DNA of 64,000 bases. It comes from Schmidtea polychroa (taxonomy: Eukaryota). Made by a program: the position numbers and the translations under genes. Positions 46,900-64,000 of this stretch are shown here, piece by piece. How positions within the stretch are numbered: the first letter of the stretch is position 1; each line of letters starts with the position of its first letter. The stretch spans positions 42,348,001-42,412,000 of the forward strand of contig CM097885.1 in NCBI GenBank assembly GCA_044892525.1. The letters are read 5' to 3'. The notes beneath the pieces are model-generated. The model saw nothing but the letters and a program-made list of their open reading frames with translations, was not told where the DNA came from and ran no database searches.

Positions 46900-48400
46900 A
46901 CTATTTTTCCAAGAAATTCCTAAATAAGTTTGGGCGCCGTTCGTAAACTTATAATTAATATGGTAATGCTGTCAATAATATTGAATTGAATTAACCATAG
47001 TTTTTATTTTTGAGAATTGTTGAGTGTATTTTGGCTAAAATTTTGAAATTTAGTTACTTCCATAAGGCAGCAATGGCTCAATCAAGAGAATATAAAGGAG
47101 TAATCTTCAGTTTACCAAGAGAAGTTGAGGAATCTATGATGAGATGTTTCATTCATTGTCGTTGATAGTAATGCTTTTTGAGATGATATTGCTTTATGTA
47201 AAACGGTTTCACATCACGATTTATATAAGTTTTATTTTATGGGTTGTTTGATGGTTTTCATCAGTATTCCATTAGCTTTCATATTGTTCATTTCCTTGAC
47301 AGTAATATATTGCAGTTCTGGTTTTGACAACTCCTTTACGCAATAGGAAGTTGTTCAACTGTTGACATTAGAACTGAGATCCTCTGTCTGATTGAATTGA
47401 TGAGAGGCTGCCGAAGGTAGAAAAGAAACTTCGGAGATAGTCGATGACTGTATCGATACTTAGGCTTTCGCATGGATAGGCAAATATAAATCTCGGAAAT
47501 AATCGATGGGTACGAGTGTATATTTATTTATTACACGATATATTTGGTAGATAACCTAGAAAGTCCATTGAAACTCTTCCGTGGACCGGTTGATGCTATT
47601 AGAGTGGAAGGGGCTGTTTTCTAAAATTTAGGTTTTAGCTATAATTATATTTGATTTCTGATTTCTTCCAATGCCTGAGGTCTGTTGAATAATATCTTCT
47701 TTTAGTAGTTTTTAATTTCGGTTCAATTAGTTTTAAATGACTAAATTTATGGATTTCGTTGCTATTGGTTTTAGATCTTTTGTATTTACTCCAGGTAGTT
47801 TATCGTATTTTGTAGTACTCATTACCAAGCTAAGAATTAACGGTTTACGTGATCCACGTAGATTTAGTGTCAGGCTTTTATGCATTTTGATGTTTCTTTC
47901 AATTATTGCTGGGTGTAATAATTCGGAAATAATTTGGAACTTTGCGTGATAGTATTTGTTGACTAGGGTTATGATATTGATAAATTGTCTCAATATCTTG
48001 CCATTGGGATATGATTGCATTATATTTCAGAAAAAATTTAGAATGATAAACGAGAGATCCGATCCTGTGTTTTTTGCTTTGAATCCGTCGATGAATATAG
48101 TTTGTAAAGTTGATTTTTCGTTCGTTGTTGTAATTTTTCGTTTTTGTTTGTTCCATGTTGGCTAGGTTGTTTGGTTTGTATTTCCAAGATTTACAGAATG
48201 TCGTCCAACTAGATTTAATACATTTCTTGCAGATTGAATCTCATGCTGGACATCTTTTTCTATGAATTTTCCCACAACATTTACACTGAGACGTGATTCT
48301 TATGTTGTTTTGATTCGAGTGTCACAATTTGTTTTAGTCTAGCAGCAATTTATGAGATTGTTGCGGTTCGAACGAGTTTTTCGAGGGATGGATTTAACAT
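46900..48400 (-). mobile_element. Probable decayed non-LTR retroelement
   Basis: A-rich coding-like strand with short broken ORFs; no intact motif recognised. Confidence 0.3.
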
Positions 48401-49867
48401 GTCCAATAATCTTTGTCTTACTTTATTTTTCCATAATTAGTATTTCTCGATGTTGATCCTTACTAAAGGCTGTTGTTGGGCATTTATCGACCAACGACTT
48501 GGAAGCTGTAATGAAGTCTGGATAAGATTGCTGATGTACGTTTGATTTACTTGCGAAGACTCTAGGAGTAATGTAGATGCATATTATCAACATATTCGGA
48601 GGGCCACAGGTTAGAAATGTGGTATTTAATTTCTATTCATCTTCATGCATCTGAATGAGTTTCCCGGTATCTATATTCCTCTTCGGTTGCACTGTCTGAG
48701 AGTGTTTTCTGGAAGAGTTTTGGATCCATTGGTTATAAAACGGTCGTAAAAAAGGAAACTGATTGCAGAATTTTTATTCTATTAAATATAGAAATATGAA
48801 TTCATATAAATGTACTTGTAGATTTAAACAAGCGAATTAATCTTTAAATAACAATTATAATAATGTCATGACATAATCTATAGTCGCAATGAAAATAAAT
48901 GTTCAATTAAATGTTAAAAAATAAAGCAAATCAAAAGTTAACGGAAAATAAAGGATTTTATTAGTGAATTGCCATTTAAAATTAGTTTGCTTACTAACTT
49001 ATATAAATATTTGTTCTTCATGTGCTCAATTATCGATATTCTATGAATCGATTTTGAGAAATTGATTGATAGTAAATATTCTCAGATCATCTATGGAATG
49101 TCTGTTAGTAATACTGCTTGAATTAACTGAAATTTCAATTTATTGCTTCATCAATTTTTAAATCGCAGATTTTACATTAATTATTTACATATAGATTTGT
49201 TATTAAAATAAGTTTACTTTATTTCTAAAATTTAATAAATTACAGTGAAAACTAATAATTAATTTTTAAAAACTGATATATTCGCCATACACTCATTGTT
49301 TTGTAAATTATATCGCCACAGGAAGAATATATAAAGTACAGGATCTTAAAAATATTGAGTTTGATATTATAAACTTGGCTAGGATACTCTCGAGTTGATA
49401 TCCAACAATACTTTGTTATTATGTTTTGATAAAAAGTGTTTTCTTTGCAAGTCACTCATTTAGCCAAGATTTCCTAGGAAAAAATTAGATGGACATGCCG
49501 GAAGTGCATTTTTACAGACATGCAACACTCAATTTTATTCTTATATTAATAAGTTCTATTATTTTTGGAGTTTGTTTTAATACTTAAAAACATAATTGAA
49601 TTGTTAATTAATTCGACATTAACAAGCTAAATTTCAAAAATCTCATTTAGTCCACTGAAATGGTGAACCCATTATAAAACAAATGATCGGTTACGTAGTA
49701 GCCAGCACGCTCCTGATATTTGCTGAAGTACGGTTTCAAACTGAAAGCACTAGAATCACTTGATCATTAGTTGACCACCACTTGTTGACATAACTACCAA
49801 GCATAGTAGCAAATTTTCTTTAGTCATCAGCAAGCACTTTTACTTTCATCGTTACCATAACCGTCCG

Positions 49868-50156
<289 letters not shown>

Positions 50157-53100
50157 GAGTTTACAATTCGCCAGGTAACGTATGGCGACTTGTAAATAAT
50201 ATAAATAATAATGGTTATAACAACGAAAACAAAATTGTCAATGATGCATAGGATAATATTAGGAGTAAAACCAAAGATCTTATTGATAACAAAGTAATTG
50301 AGCTAAATCCTAACGTTGAAGAATGACTCAATCATGGTGATGTTAATAAGGCCTTCATTTGGAATGTATAATCTTCTCGACTGCCAATTTGGATCAACTG
50401 GGACCTTACGCTGCCACTGGTATGCATAATAAAAACAAAAACTATATTAGTTATAGATGACCTGAAACCGAGCAGTTACTTAATCCAAACTCACTAATTT
50501 ATCATCGAATGTCAAAACTAATTGGCTCAATGGCAGATTTCCATATTAGTTAATGTAACAAAAAATTAGTTTACCTTTATTAACGAATCCGGATAGTGAT
50601 TTCTAGAAAAATTTATAAAATTCGAAAATTTCATTGAGTTGATTGTCTCAGTAGGAATAGGATCGACCTTAACAACATATCGATGTGTTGCGGATGCTAC
50701 TTGATAGTGATACGGCTAGTATCACAAAGTAGTGATTTAAATTCAAAGCTCAATGAGCTTATTATTTTATCGCTTTTTAGTGCTATTCTACATATGAACT
50801 ATTGAGACCAAAAATGTGGTTGACGAAAATTGATTAAGAACTGTTCTGATGGTGAAAAATTCTTTTGTTTGGCTGCTTCGCTGGAGTTAATCTTAATCGC
50901 ACTCCTTAAAGTGTCATTATACTTCTCTAGAGTTTTCAATCATTTTTATGCGGTAGTGACAATGGTTATGTTGGGGTGCTCCCAATGAGGATGCTCCTAA
51001 ATGAATTTTTCTCGACTACTAATCAGGCGATATTGTTTAGTGCTGGTCATATGATGATATAAATCCGACTACTGGCATTACCGATAAAAACGGGTGATCT
51101 CATAAATGTGGGTACACATAACTCCTAATTTGTCGGACAATGGAACGATCGAAACAATTTAACATTTTTGTGAATTATCTTCCCACTTATGGACCATTGC
51201 AGTACTTTTCAACTATTGTGTTGAAATTTTACGGGTCATTTTCTTTATGACGTCACATCGCCAATTTTAAATCTATATACTACAACGGAAGTGAACTGCG
51301 CTAAACTCCTCCCTAGAGTTGAATTAGGGTGCCGTCTACTTTCGGGTATTGGAACCACACCTTACACGACTAAGCATTAGAACTCTAGAGTTTCCGCAAC
51401 TTGATTGTGTGAAATGTCATCAAAATACCATATCATTATTACATAAATATTTTTGGGTAACTAGATCAGTATCATTATATCAAATATAATAATCAATAAA
51501 AAAATAGCATGACAAGTAACGAAAAATCTTTTCGTTTTGAAAATTAATATTTTAAATTATTACATAAATAAAGTAAAATTAACAAAATCACAACTAAAAG
51601 AACATCAATGAATCAAACATCAAACAAACAATTGTACGACTAAAATTTTTTTGAATACAAATTAAATTTCCAAATAGAGCTGAACAAATTTTCGAATTTA
51701 TAAAAGTTGAAAAAGTGGTATTTTATCTGCCGAGGCGTTGGCTTATATGTTTTTTGTTGGTTTTCTCAACCAACAGGGTCGATAACGCCTACGCGTTTTG
51801 ATAATTTTTTATTTCCAATAAATTTGATTGATCTATTCTATTTTTTTGTTTTAATTATTAATTTTCTGTTTTAAATGTCGAATTTTCTTTATATTCCTGA
51901 ATGATTCAGCAACCGCCTTTTATATCAGTCTTATCCTTTCACTAAGGTGATATTTTTTGTTATTTTGTGTCTTTTTGGCAATCTTGTTTTTTATGCACTA
52001 AAATGTATTCCTTGTGCATATCGATTTATTATTTTAGTTTTTATATAATTTTTGTTATCATTGATTTGTTTTACTTGATGTTTTCCAATAAATTTAAATA
52101 TCTTTAGGCAATTTCTATTATTTACTTTAAAATTTAATTTGAGATCGATTTTTTACTATATCAGACCTTACTTGTTTTATTTCAATTTAATTATTTGTAG
52201 ATTTTTAAAAATATTATCATTTAAATTTTGTTTTTCCCTTATTTAACTACATTTTAAATAGTTATGCATTTTAAACCAGTTATTGTACATTCGAATGTAG
52301 TTAAACCTTTATCCACTATTTAATATTATTTTATTGAAACATTTAATTATTATTTCCATTTTGAAAACATTTGCTGAACAAATTATAATTAGAACTTGCT
52401 AAACTTTATTCTAATTATCTTTTAATTTTGAAAATTTAAATATTATTTAATTTCAGGTCGATTGTTGACTTTATGAAACTTTATGTTGAAAATTTCAGCA
52501 TTGAAATTTTATTAAAATTTACTTTTACCAGTTTTTTATTAAATATTTTTTTAAACCAGAAATTCTAATTTAACTAAATTTACTTCTATTTTAATTTCTT
52601 TATTCATACATTTCAGTGACTAAAATTCTCTATTAAAATTTAATATATGTGCTTTTGTTATTTGGAAATTTTTCCAGTTCAAAACTGTAAAAAATATTCG
52701 TTCATATTCTTCTATATAAGATATTCTTTGGCCAAAATTCTCTATTAAAATAAATTACATGTGTTTTTATGAAACCACAAAATCCTGTACAAAAGATTGA
52801 GTACAAAATTTACTTATATTACTTTAATTTTTCTCATTCAAAATAATTACACATCTTTTTTATTGAGATCACATAAATAAATGACGAAGAATAAAGTTTA
52901 TTATTGATTTTGTGTTTCTTTCTTGTGTTATTCTTTCTGTGTTAATTCATTGGTACCTAGTTGGTTGATTTATTATTTTTTTGATTATTATTTACAATTT
53001 TGCACTAAAAATTCCATTACCTTAATTATTTTTTTATTTCTCAGAAGAGAACATTTCTTCAAAATATGTCACATTAAATACATTACTTTTTAAAAATTTT

Positions 53101-53378
53101 ATCTTATTTAAAAATTATTACTTATTTACTTTAATTTACTTTACTTATTTGTAAATTATTATTTATTAACTTTAATTTCTCAGACGATATCGTTTCTTAA
53201 CACATTAACTGCCGATAGGATTTTCGTAAAATGTTCAAAAAATATTTTAACGATTTTAAGTTTAATTTAATATAATAGGTCGAAATACAATTATTTTATT
53301 TGTTTTGAGATATTTTGAGGTGAATTACAGGTATGTCGTATCGGCCATATTATATGTTAAAAATATATTACATTAAAC

Positions 53379-54657
53379 CAGCGGTTTCCAACCTTTATGC
53401 TACCGCGCCTCCCCCAACAAAAATTTTTTTTCTTGGCGCCTCCCTATCTTTTTTTTAATATATATATTTTTATAATTTCCATGCCAAAATAAATAACAAA
53501 ATGCAAAATATGCTTTATTATCGTTAAATAACTGGAAAAAAACCGACCTCTGGTTAAACTACATCTAACACATCAAAATTTAATGCGAAGGTTCTTGTTG
53601 TCTATTGGCACAAAGTTTATCAAAACTTGGGAGTAATGTGGAGATTGCCACTCGTAACTCTTTTTCGACTATTAACCTGGCTCGTTCACAAATGTGCCTC
53701 TTCATGATGGTTTTCTTCGAGAAAATTTGCTGTTTCTTCTTTGAGTTCAAACACCCTTTGAATGACTTTTGCACGAGATAGCCAGCGAACTTCACAATTA
53801 TGAGGAAGTTAAAAGATTCTTAAAGATTAATTAGAAATTTGGTAAAAATTTTAAAAATATTTTTATTGAAAAATATTTTAAAAAGAAATTTATCAATTTT
53901 AAAAAATATTTTTATCAAAGAAATATTTTAAGAAAATCTGAAATTTGTTTAAATAACAAAAATAAGACCAGACAAGTTTTTTGAGATATCTTTTATTAAA
54001 TAAAATTTATGGAATTATTTAGTGATTTAAAAACGGATGAGAATCCTAATAACAATAATACAGAAGTGAGATATAATTAGCTTCCATATCAACACACATT
54101 TTTGCAAACAGCCTAGCTCTCAAGGGACTGTTCTTAACCCTCTCCGTGTAAAAAATAATGCTGATATTTATAGTGACCAGTTCTATTCCCACAAAATCGG
54201 TTACAAAATGTGCCTTCAGCTTCATCCCGATGGATTCAAAGCTGGAAAAGGCACACATCTTTCTGTTTTCTTTTTCATAATGCGCGGTGAAAACGATGTA
54301 CTTTTGCAATGGCCTATGAAACTGGAAGTGACATCTTGCTTTAATGTCGAATATATTCGACAAATATACGGAGAGGGTGAAAATGTTGTTCAGTTCCTCG
54401 CTCATATTTTTTGACACTAGAGCTGCTCTGTGATTTCAATGATGGCTTAATTTATTTTTATATTTTAAACTTACTTTAATTAATTAATTTAAATATTTAT
54501 ATAAAAATTTATGTAATCAGATAAATACAATTTAAATGTTTATTAGCAATGTTCCGTTTTAACTTAAACGTGAATTCTACCCTTTCAGTAGATATTATAG
54601 TATGAAAATCATTTTTTTACCCAAAAATTTTGGCGCCTCCCGGGTTGGAAACCACTG
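53379..54657 (-). mobile_element. Non-autonomous Buster-type hAT element carrying captured host gene fragments
   Basis: TIRs CAGCGGTTTCCAACC / GGTTGGAAACCACTG; perfect 8-bp TSD CATTAAAC; transposase scraps LRVAIS...QQEPSH*, VKNSPLRARLFAKMC, HRAALVSKNMSEEL. Confidence 0.92.
54145..54340 (+). pseudogene. TRAF: Captured TRAF-family MATH domain fragment
   Basis: IYSDQFYSHKIGYKMCLQLHPDGFKAGKGTHLSVFFFIMRGENDVLLQWP matches the TRAF-C consensus SxxFY...GYKMC...G.G.G.GTHLS.F...MRG..D.LL.WP. Confidence 0.88.
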
Positions 54658-55368
54658 CATTAAACACATTACTTTTTAAATTATTATCTTACTTATTTTA
54701 AAATTATTACTTATTTACTTTTTTTCTCAGGCGACATTTCTTTATTGAAAAATTACATTAATTCACTTTTTTAATTAATATAATCCTAATTTTTCACTCA
54801 ATAACACTTAATAATCTACTACTTATTTCAAATTATTACACCAATTTTAAATACTTTATTTTATTTTACTTTAACCCATTACTACCCACTGTACTCACAT
54901 GGATACACTTGTTAAAAGCTTGATTTCATGTTTTTCTATTATGATTATCCTGGAAGTAGTAACCCATTTCAAAAATAGATGGCACTAGTAGTCTACGAAA
55001 AAATTCTCCATATTTTTTGTTATAAATGTTCTAACTTACCCAATATGTCATAATAAATAACGATTAAAAGAAATTTGTACGTGTAGTTTTCTTTATAATA
55101 ATAGGTTTATAAAAAATAATGTTATCTAATAATTCGGTTGAATATATAATGTCTATCTATATTCATAACATATGGCGTATATTTCACTACGGATAGCGAT
55201 AATTATATTGTTTAATAATTTTATTTCTGAAAATGTGAAAAAATATTATGAAACAAAAAAGTCTAACTAACAATAATTTCTCTAAAATTACAATTTATTA
55301 TCAATTAAAGTTTCAATGTTATAAAAATTAATTAAATTAATTTAGTTCCTCTTTTAATTATTCCAAAG

Positions 55369-55552
55369 GTATTCCAGCGGAAGCGGTGTTCATCAGAAAG
55401 TGATGTTAGTGAAGCATTAAAATCTATTGCTGCTAAATTGGTATTTATTCCATTTCATTACTTTTTACCTCACAATTTAGGAAGCGAGCTATGCAAGCAG
55501 CTCCAAATTATCTACTGTCATCAGTTTTATAGAATATCTGGATAGTGGATAA
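55369..55552 (+). other. Possible terminal exons of an unidentified gene (40-nt intron 55441-55480)
   Basis: AG|VFQRKRCSSESDVSEALKSIAAKL|GT..TTTAG|EASYASSSKLSTVISFIEYLDSG*. Confidence 0.35.
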
Positions 55553-55882
55553 ATTCCCAATACTCCGCAACGCATAATAAATCACCGTCTTCCACGTGTT
55601 TATTATTTAATAAATTGAATATTTGAATGTATGAGATTTGTATATTTGATATTCAGATCTGTTATTTGAATGTTTTATATTATAGAAATATTTTGTAAAT
55701 TATTATTTCTATAACATTTATTTCGGAAAATTATTGTAATTATTTTTATGCTTTGATAATTATGATGCCATACAAACTGAGAATGTTGTAATGTCAAAAT
55801 GATGAAACTACGGTCAATTTTCGAAAAACGCAGTAATTGAATTACGTCATTAACAATAATTCATTTTGCCTTTCCTCTAAAT

Positions 55883-58387
<2,505 letters not shown>

Positions 58388-58449
58388 TACTAAATGATTA
58401 AATAATTTGGAATTTAACTCTAAAAAACAGCTAGGAATTATAAGTAATT

Positions 58450-59200
58450 AATTAACTGCTTTGATGATTGGTTGTATCCTTTGATTTAATGAAACAAAAT
58501 CAGGTTTTTAAAAATTCTTTCATAAAAATTGTTTTTCTTTTGGATAATATTTTCATGTCGAAACCACGAAAATTGAATTAGTTTTTGTTTAACATGATTG
58601 TATTAGTATGAAGTTCATTGCTTTCACAAACTTCTATCATATTTTTCTTTAATTCTAAGAAGCATGCGGTTGAAACAATATTGTTTGTCTTTTGTAGGAA
58701 AGGCTGTTTTAAGTTTTGATTCTTGCTCCAGTTCCACTTGGTAATTAACACTACCAAAATCAACAATACTAAAGACTTGTGCGTCACTGAGTATATCCAT
58801 CATTTCTTCAATATTTGGAATTGAAAACAGAGGTCTTTCTATTATAGCTTTTAAGGTTCGAAAATTTAAACATATTATTATTTCCATTCAAAATACATAC
58901 TAATGGACTATTTCATTCTGAATTACGCTTTTTTATAATTCCTGCTTTTCCCATATTTTGTAGCATTTTTAGAATTTTATACGTTAAATGTATAGGTTGA
59001 CGCCTCAGGTTAATGTAACCGGATTTCCATTAATAATTATTTTGTGTTTCCCATATTCCATTTTGTGTTTCATAAAAACTTGAATACTTATCAACCAACT
59101 TTCTAATCTATGGATCGATTATTATTTGAAGTACTTTTTCTATACTACGTACTTGTCATTTAATATTAAAATAATTCATAATTTCTATTTCAACAATGAC
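58450..59200 (-). pseudogene. Gypsy RT remnant
   Basis: FSIPNIEEMMDILSDAQVFSIVD...YQVEL...KTAF...YCFNRM. Confidence 0.8.
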
Positions 59201-62200
59201 ACTAGTAATGGTCGCTTAGGGATGTCTCATTTTATTTTTTAATGTGTTAGGGGCAATTGTAGATGTTAAATCGACTCCTTCCTAAACGCCTTCATGACTA
59301 TTGTACTTTAGACCATCTGTGTACACATGGCGACACCCATGTTGGTACTGTACACAATGGTTGAAAATCAATGAGCAGATGAGCTCTATTGCTAAAACTA
59401 CTCCTCATTGTATTTTCTCTTTGGGTTCTGGACAGCCGATAGAAGGTCTTATGTTATTATCAAGAATCTATTCTATTGTTAGATTATTGTCAGGTCTTCA
59501 TTTGACTGTGGTCCTTATTACTAGACGTTTTCAAGTGTTATCTTCCAAAGTTTTGCTCAGGGATCCGCCCTTATTTTTCTGTTAATAAATGTTACTCTGT
59601 GTTTTCCGCAATATTTGTGAATATTTAACTTATCTTTCAAAAAATTTGAGCAGGGATTGGCCCTTATTTCCAAGTTAATAAATGTTATTCCACACTTTCC
59701 CATAATATTTAAATTATTCTTCAAAAAATTTAAGCAGGGATTAACTCTTTATTTAAGCAGAGTTCGTTTCTCAGATGTCTAGTAGACCGAGAGAAGCGAA
59801 CGCATAATCTTCATAGACGTAACTTTACACATAGAAAATTTAGACTACTATAAAGTTCATGAATTCATAATTAAAGGCTTAGGACATAGTATGATGTTGA
59901 TAAAGTAAGATTGGTTCATTATAAATTGCTATCAGATCAATAAAGTCGTGGGAGTTAGGTTCGGTCCAATTAATTATCAAAATCATTATATATAAATTAT
60001 TAAACGTTAAAACTAGCATTACAATACTTAATTGACTAAACTATAAAGGGGACCCTGCCCAAAATTCTCAAAGAGTACCAAAGTGATGGTAGAGAAAAGA
60101 TTGACAAGGTAGATACCGATCCCTAATAGGAGCTCGAATATATATCAATAGGTGCGAGTAAATACATATTGAATATTTATAATAATTATAAAGTGATGAT
60201 AACTTGGAAGCAGCATTAATTGTTTTTAAATTATAATATTTATTAATAATAACTATGAATAATAATTAACAATGATAACAATCAATTTGGGTTATGCTAA
60301 ATATATAAGTAGAATATGGGACTAAGATGAGGTGGTCCAAGTCACGACAAGCTCAACAATGTCCCCTATATATATTAATTTAAGCTAAATAAGGTAGTCA
60401 AAGAGATTTGGTTAGACTAATTGAAAAAAAAAGATGAGGAAATTATATTTCTAGATATTGATTAACATTAGATTTACTGGTAAAAATAGCCGTAAAAATA
60501 GGTATACCTAATTCGATATGGCTCCAACATCTCAATGTAGCCACACCAAGCTCGGTCGTCTGGAAATATAAGGAACCGCCAAGGAAGTGTGGTCAACCCC
60601 GCAAGATAAGGAAGTACCGATTCTTCGCTGAATCACCTGAGGAGATTATTTGTGGAGTTAATGTATTGATAAATAAATGATTGTATTAAAGTTTAATTTG
60701 GCGAATGAATTGAATGAATGAAATAAACTATGGAGCTAATTTATTAATTAAGGCATATTTGCATTCAAGTTTGATTGGGTGAGTTGATGGGAAGAATGAT
60801 GTGAGGGTCAACTGTGGACTGATAATGCCGAAGCACAGGGATCTTAACTCAATAATTACATAATAGGTTCAACTAAAATTAACAAGGCAAAAATTTAGAT
60901 AAAATAAAGGTGATCATTAACCACGATACGTAACTTAATAACCACATAATAGGTTCAATTAAAATAGTAATCCAATAATTCTAGGTAAAATAAATGGGAT
61001 ACGTAATCGTGTAATTAGATTAGACACTATGTATAAGGCACGCTTATCTTTGAAATTGTTGTGAAATATACTCAGACATCAATTAAATTCAATCTGTTTT
61101 CTTTATTTAGTGCTTCAATTGATGGAAAAACTGAGAGCCAACCGAGAAGTTGCGCAGAAACAGGTAGAGGAGCTGCAACTTAAAGATACCAAACTCAGGG
61201 GTCTTATAAGACTTTTATTGATTAAATTTACTTTTTTTCAGTATCTTACTCCTTTATTTCTTGCAAAATATAATTGCCATCTCATTAGATTCATTTTTAC
61301 AAGACTTTCGAAAGTGTAATTTATTATTAATTTAAAATGTAATAAAGAGTTAATAAGCAGATGCCTGTATTTCTATTTCTAACCTATGTTTAACCAAAGT
61401 TACTTCCATCGACGGACCCGTGGAGAAGCCTTCACATTTCGGCCCAAAATCAGCTGAGAGAATGAAAAATCAACCTACCCTCCAGTCTGAGCATCCCGAA
61501 GGTACCCCAAGCTATGATATTCTGATTTTCCATTCCACTGTAACCATTCTTCATAAGTAATAAACATAACAATTGAATCCCAATAAAATTTATTATTCAA
61601 AACTTAAAAAACTAAATGAAAATTAAAAAATTAAAATGAACAAAAAAATTAACCAAAACGAAATTGAATATAAAATTTATTAGCTTAATACATTACATAA
61701 AAATTGCACATTAAAAGAAAATGACCAAATTCAATTCCACGATGGCATAAAATCGATAACCGAGAGCATATGTTTACTGTCTGAAAATCAAGTTGTGGTG
61801 TTGAAAAACTAGTCCTCTAACTGAAATTTCGATCAGTATTTATACTGATTTTGATTGTGCACCCATGCATTCTCTGCCACTATATCCAATGCATGAGTGT
61901 GTGCACTTATTTATTTTTTTAATTTAATTGATTTAATTAATTAATTATTTAATTTTTTATTAATTTTAATAATTTTATTTTATAAATTTTATAATTTAAA
62001 TAACTTAAATTTTTTTAATTTTATTTTTATTTTTTATTTTTTTTATTTTCGATAAATTTCATAAGTTACATAATTCTAACTAATTTTAATTTGATTTTTA
62101 TTAGTTTATTTGTTAATACAAATTTTTAGTTTCAATTTTTTAAAAATTATTTATCTCTTTATTTTATTATACGGATTTTATTGATTCTTAATGTGTTATG

Positions 62201-64000
62201 TAATTTATTTTATTTTATTTATTTTATATTAAACCTTGATCATAAATTTTATTCAACTTTGTGCGGTTTTGGTGTTAGGTTTTTTTCGATCCATTACAAC
62301 AAACTCTCAATTCTCGGTTTCAACCCAACACTAGGATCAATTCTTTTAGGACGAAAATAATAACTTGTCCCGTTCCTGCGAGTCGTACATTTAATAATAT
62401 TGTCCCACGAATTAAAAGTTTTGGGCAAAAACTGATTTTAGGCCTACTTATAGGTAACGTGACGAAATGGGTCAAGAAACAGCACGTATACACATCAAGT
62501 AGAGTCAAACTCAAAACACCAACTAAAACATATTTATAATGTATAAGAGGAGATAGGAATTGAAATTAGAAAGATTGCCACAAAATATCACCAGGAAATG
62601 AATTAAGAATAAAAATTACAATATAAATGATAAGAAATGCTAGAATATTCTCTAAAAATGGCGAAATCCTTCATGACCGCCAATTAGATAGTGGAAATTT
62701 ACTAAAAGATAAAAAATTAAGAATTAAGTTAGCAATAAACTAAAATAGAATAGTATAGGAATAAAAAGAAATAGGAATTATATAATAAAATTAGTAGATA
62801 GATTTGTGCACTCCAGATCTAGGTACCCCCTCCTACTTTTTTTCTAAATTTTGTTTTAATTATCGATACCGTAATAATTAAAATTTTGTTTAAAATGTCG
62901 ATTACGTCATTAATTTTTATTTTTTATAAGAACTTTTTATTTTAATATGCTTGAAATTAAATTCTCTATCTAATGAGACCAAGATGTAATCAAAATTGTG
63001 AAATTTCATTTTTAGTGCACCATTTTTGAATCTACACCACTAGAAATATTTTCACTCACACAATAGATAGATAGAATTTAAATCTCTACAAAATGAAATC
63101 ATTATTTATTTTAAATACACACTCATAATACCTTAAACAATGCCTTTTTCAGCCAACTTTTACATACACACATTTTCAACTTTTAAAAAATACAAATTAT
63201 TCATCTATACTTAAAACTCATTCTGCTATTAAAAAATTATTTTAAAAGACATTAAAAACTAAACATTTATTAAAATCCCAGAGAAATTCGAGCACTATCT
63301 AATCTCCAAATCAGTGATATGACATCTTTCTCGTCCATTTTATATATTTGAAATATTTACAAACCAGCTTTCCCCATCTTTATATTCAATTTCTTCAAAG
63401 GCATCATGAAAACGGGAATTTCGATTGTTGATGAATATATTTCCTTTGCAACTTAGATTCTTATTGATTTCCCCCAACACTTTATTTACTGCAACAACCA
63501 GGCCCGGCTTTACCGATGAAGCAGAAGATGTAAGGCATCGGGGCGCTACACGAACAAAGGGTGCTAAAATCCAAAATTTAAATGAATATTTTTTTTTCAA
63601 ACTTAAATATTTTTTTTTCAAATTTAAATTTTTTTTAAATGAGAGATGAAAAGTAGGCGATTTTCTAATTCAGATTTCCAAAAAAAGCTTTTGGTTTTTT
63701 TCTTTAATTGTAAGTACTTGTTTTCAGTTTTTTATGTGTTCCAGTCATGTTTGGAATTGTTAATATTTTCAATTTTTATTGAAGACCAATTTTTGTGAAT
63801 TGAAAAAATATAAATTTGTTGTTTGAAATATTTAATAAAAAAGTTTATAAAGTGTAATTTTTTGAATAACAAAATTTTTGTGAATGTAAGTATATTATAG
63901 TGATTATTTTATTTTTACTTAGAGTTTATTATTTTTTCAATAAAGTATTTTAAATATTAATTGAGGAATGGTGAAAGTAAGTATCACTAATAGTACTACT

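Noticed and set aside
50200..51300. Possible decayed LINE
   Set aside because: No recognisable RT or endonuclease motif survives
63340..63649. ORFs near a CAGGCCCGGC hAT-like terminus at ~63499
   Set aside because: No partner TIR or clear transposase motif; too weak to call
63990..64000. Window ends in TACTACT, the reverse complement of a Polinton AGTAGTA start
   Set aside because: Match does not extend beyond a few bases to either 15537 or 62793

Overview
Very AT-rich eukaryotic (probably invertebrate animal) DNA made up mostly of transposable elements. The centrepiece is a full-length 15.5-kb Maverick/Polinton at 15537-31042, with AGTAGT termini, ~0.85-0.9-kb terminal inverted repeats (TIRs) and a perfect 6-bp GACGTT target-site duplication (TSD). 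It encodes protein-primed PolB, adenain-like protease, major and minor capsid proteins, integrase and packaging ATPase. Unusually, it also carries a divergent TATA-binding-protein (TBP)-like gene, several short GT-AG introns (one splits the integrase TDxGxEF motif), a multi-exon 5' extension of the polymerase gene, a palindromic 58-bp repeat array and an overprinted ORF with a myristoylation motif. This copy looks damaged: a frameshift in the PolB N-terminal region and TGA at the protease catalytic Cys. Around it lie several decayed Ty3/Gypsy elements and a solo LTR, hAT elements (a near-intact Buster element and a non-autonomous one carrying captured TRAF/MATH fragments), microsatellites and one small secreted PAN/Apple-domain gene. 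All family assignments come from recognising motifs by eye; no database searches were run.
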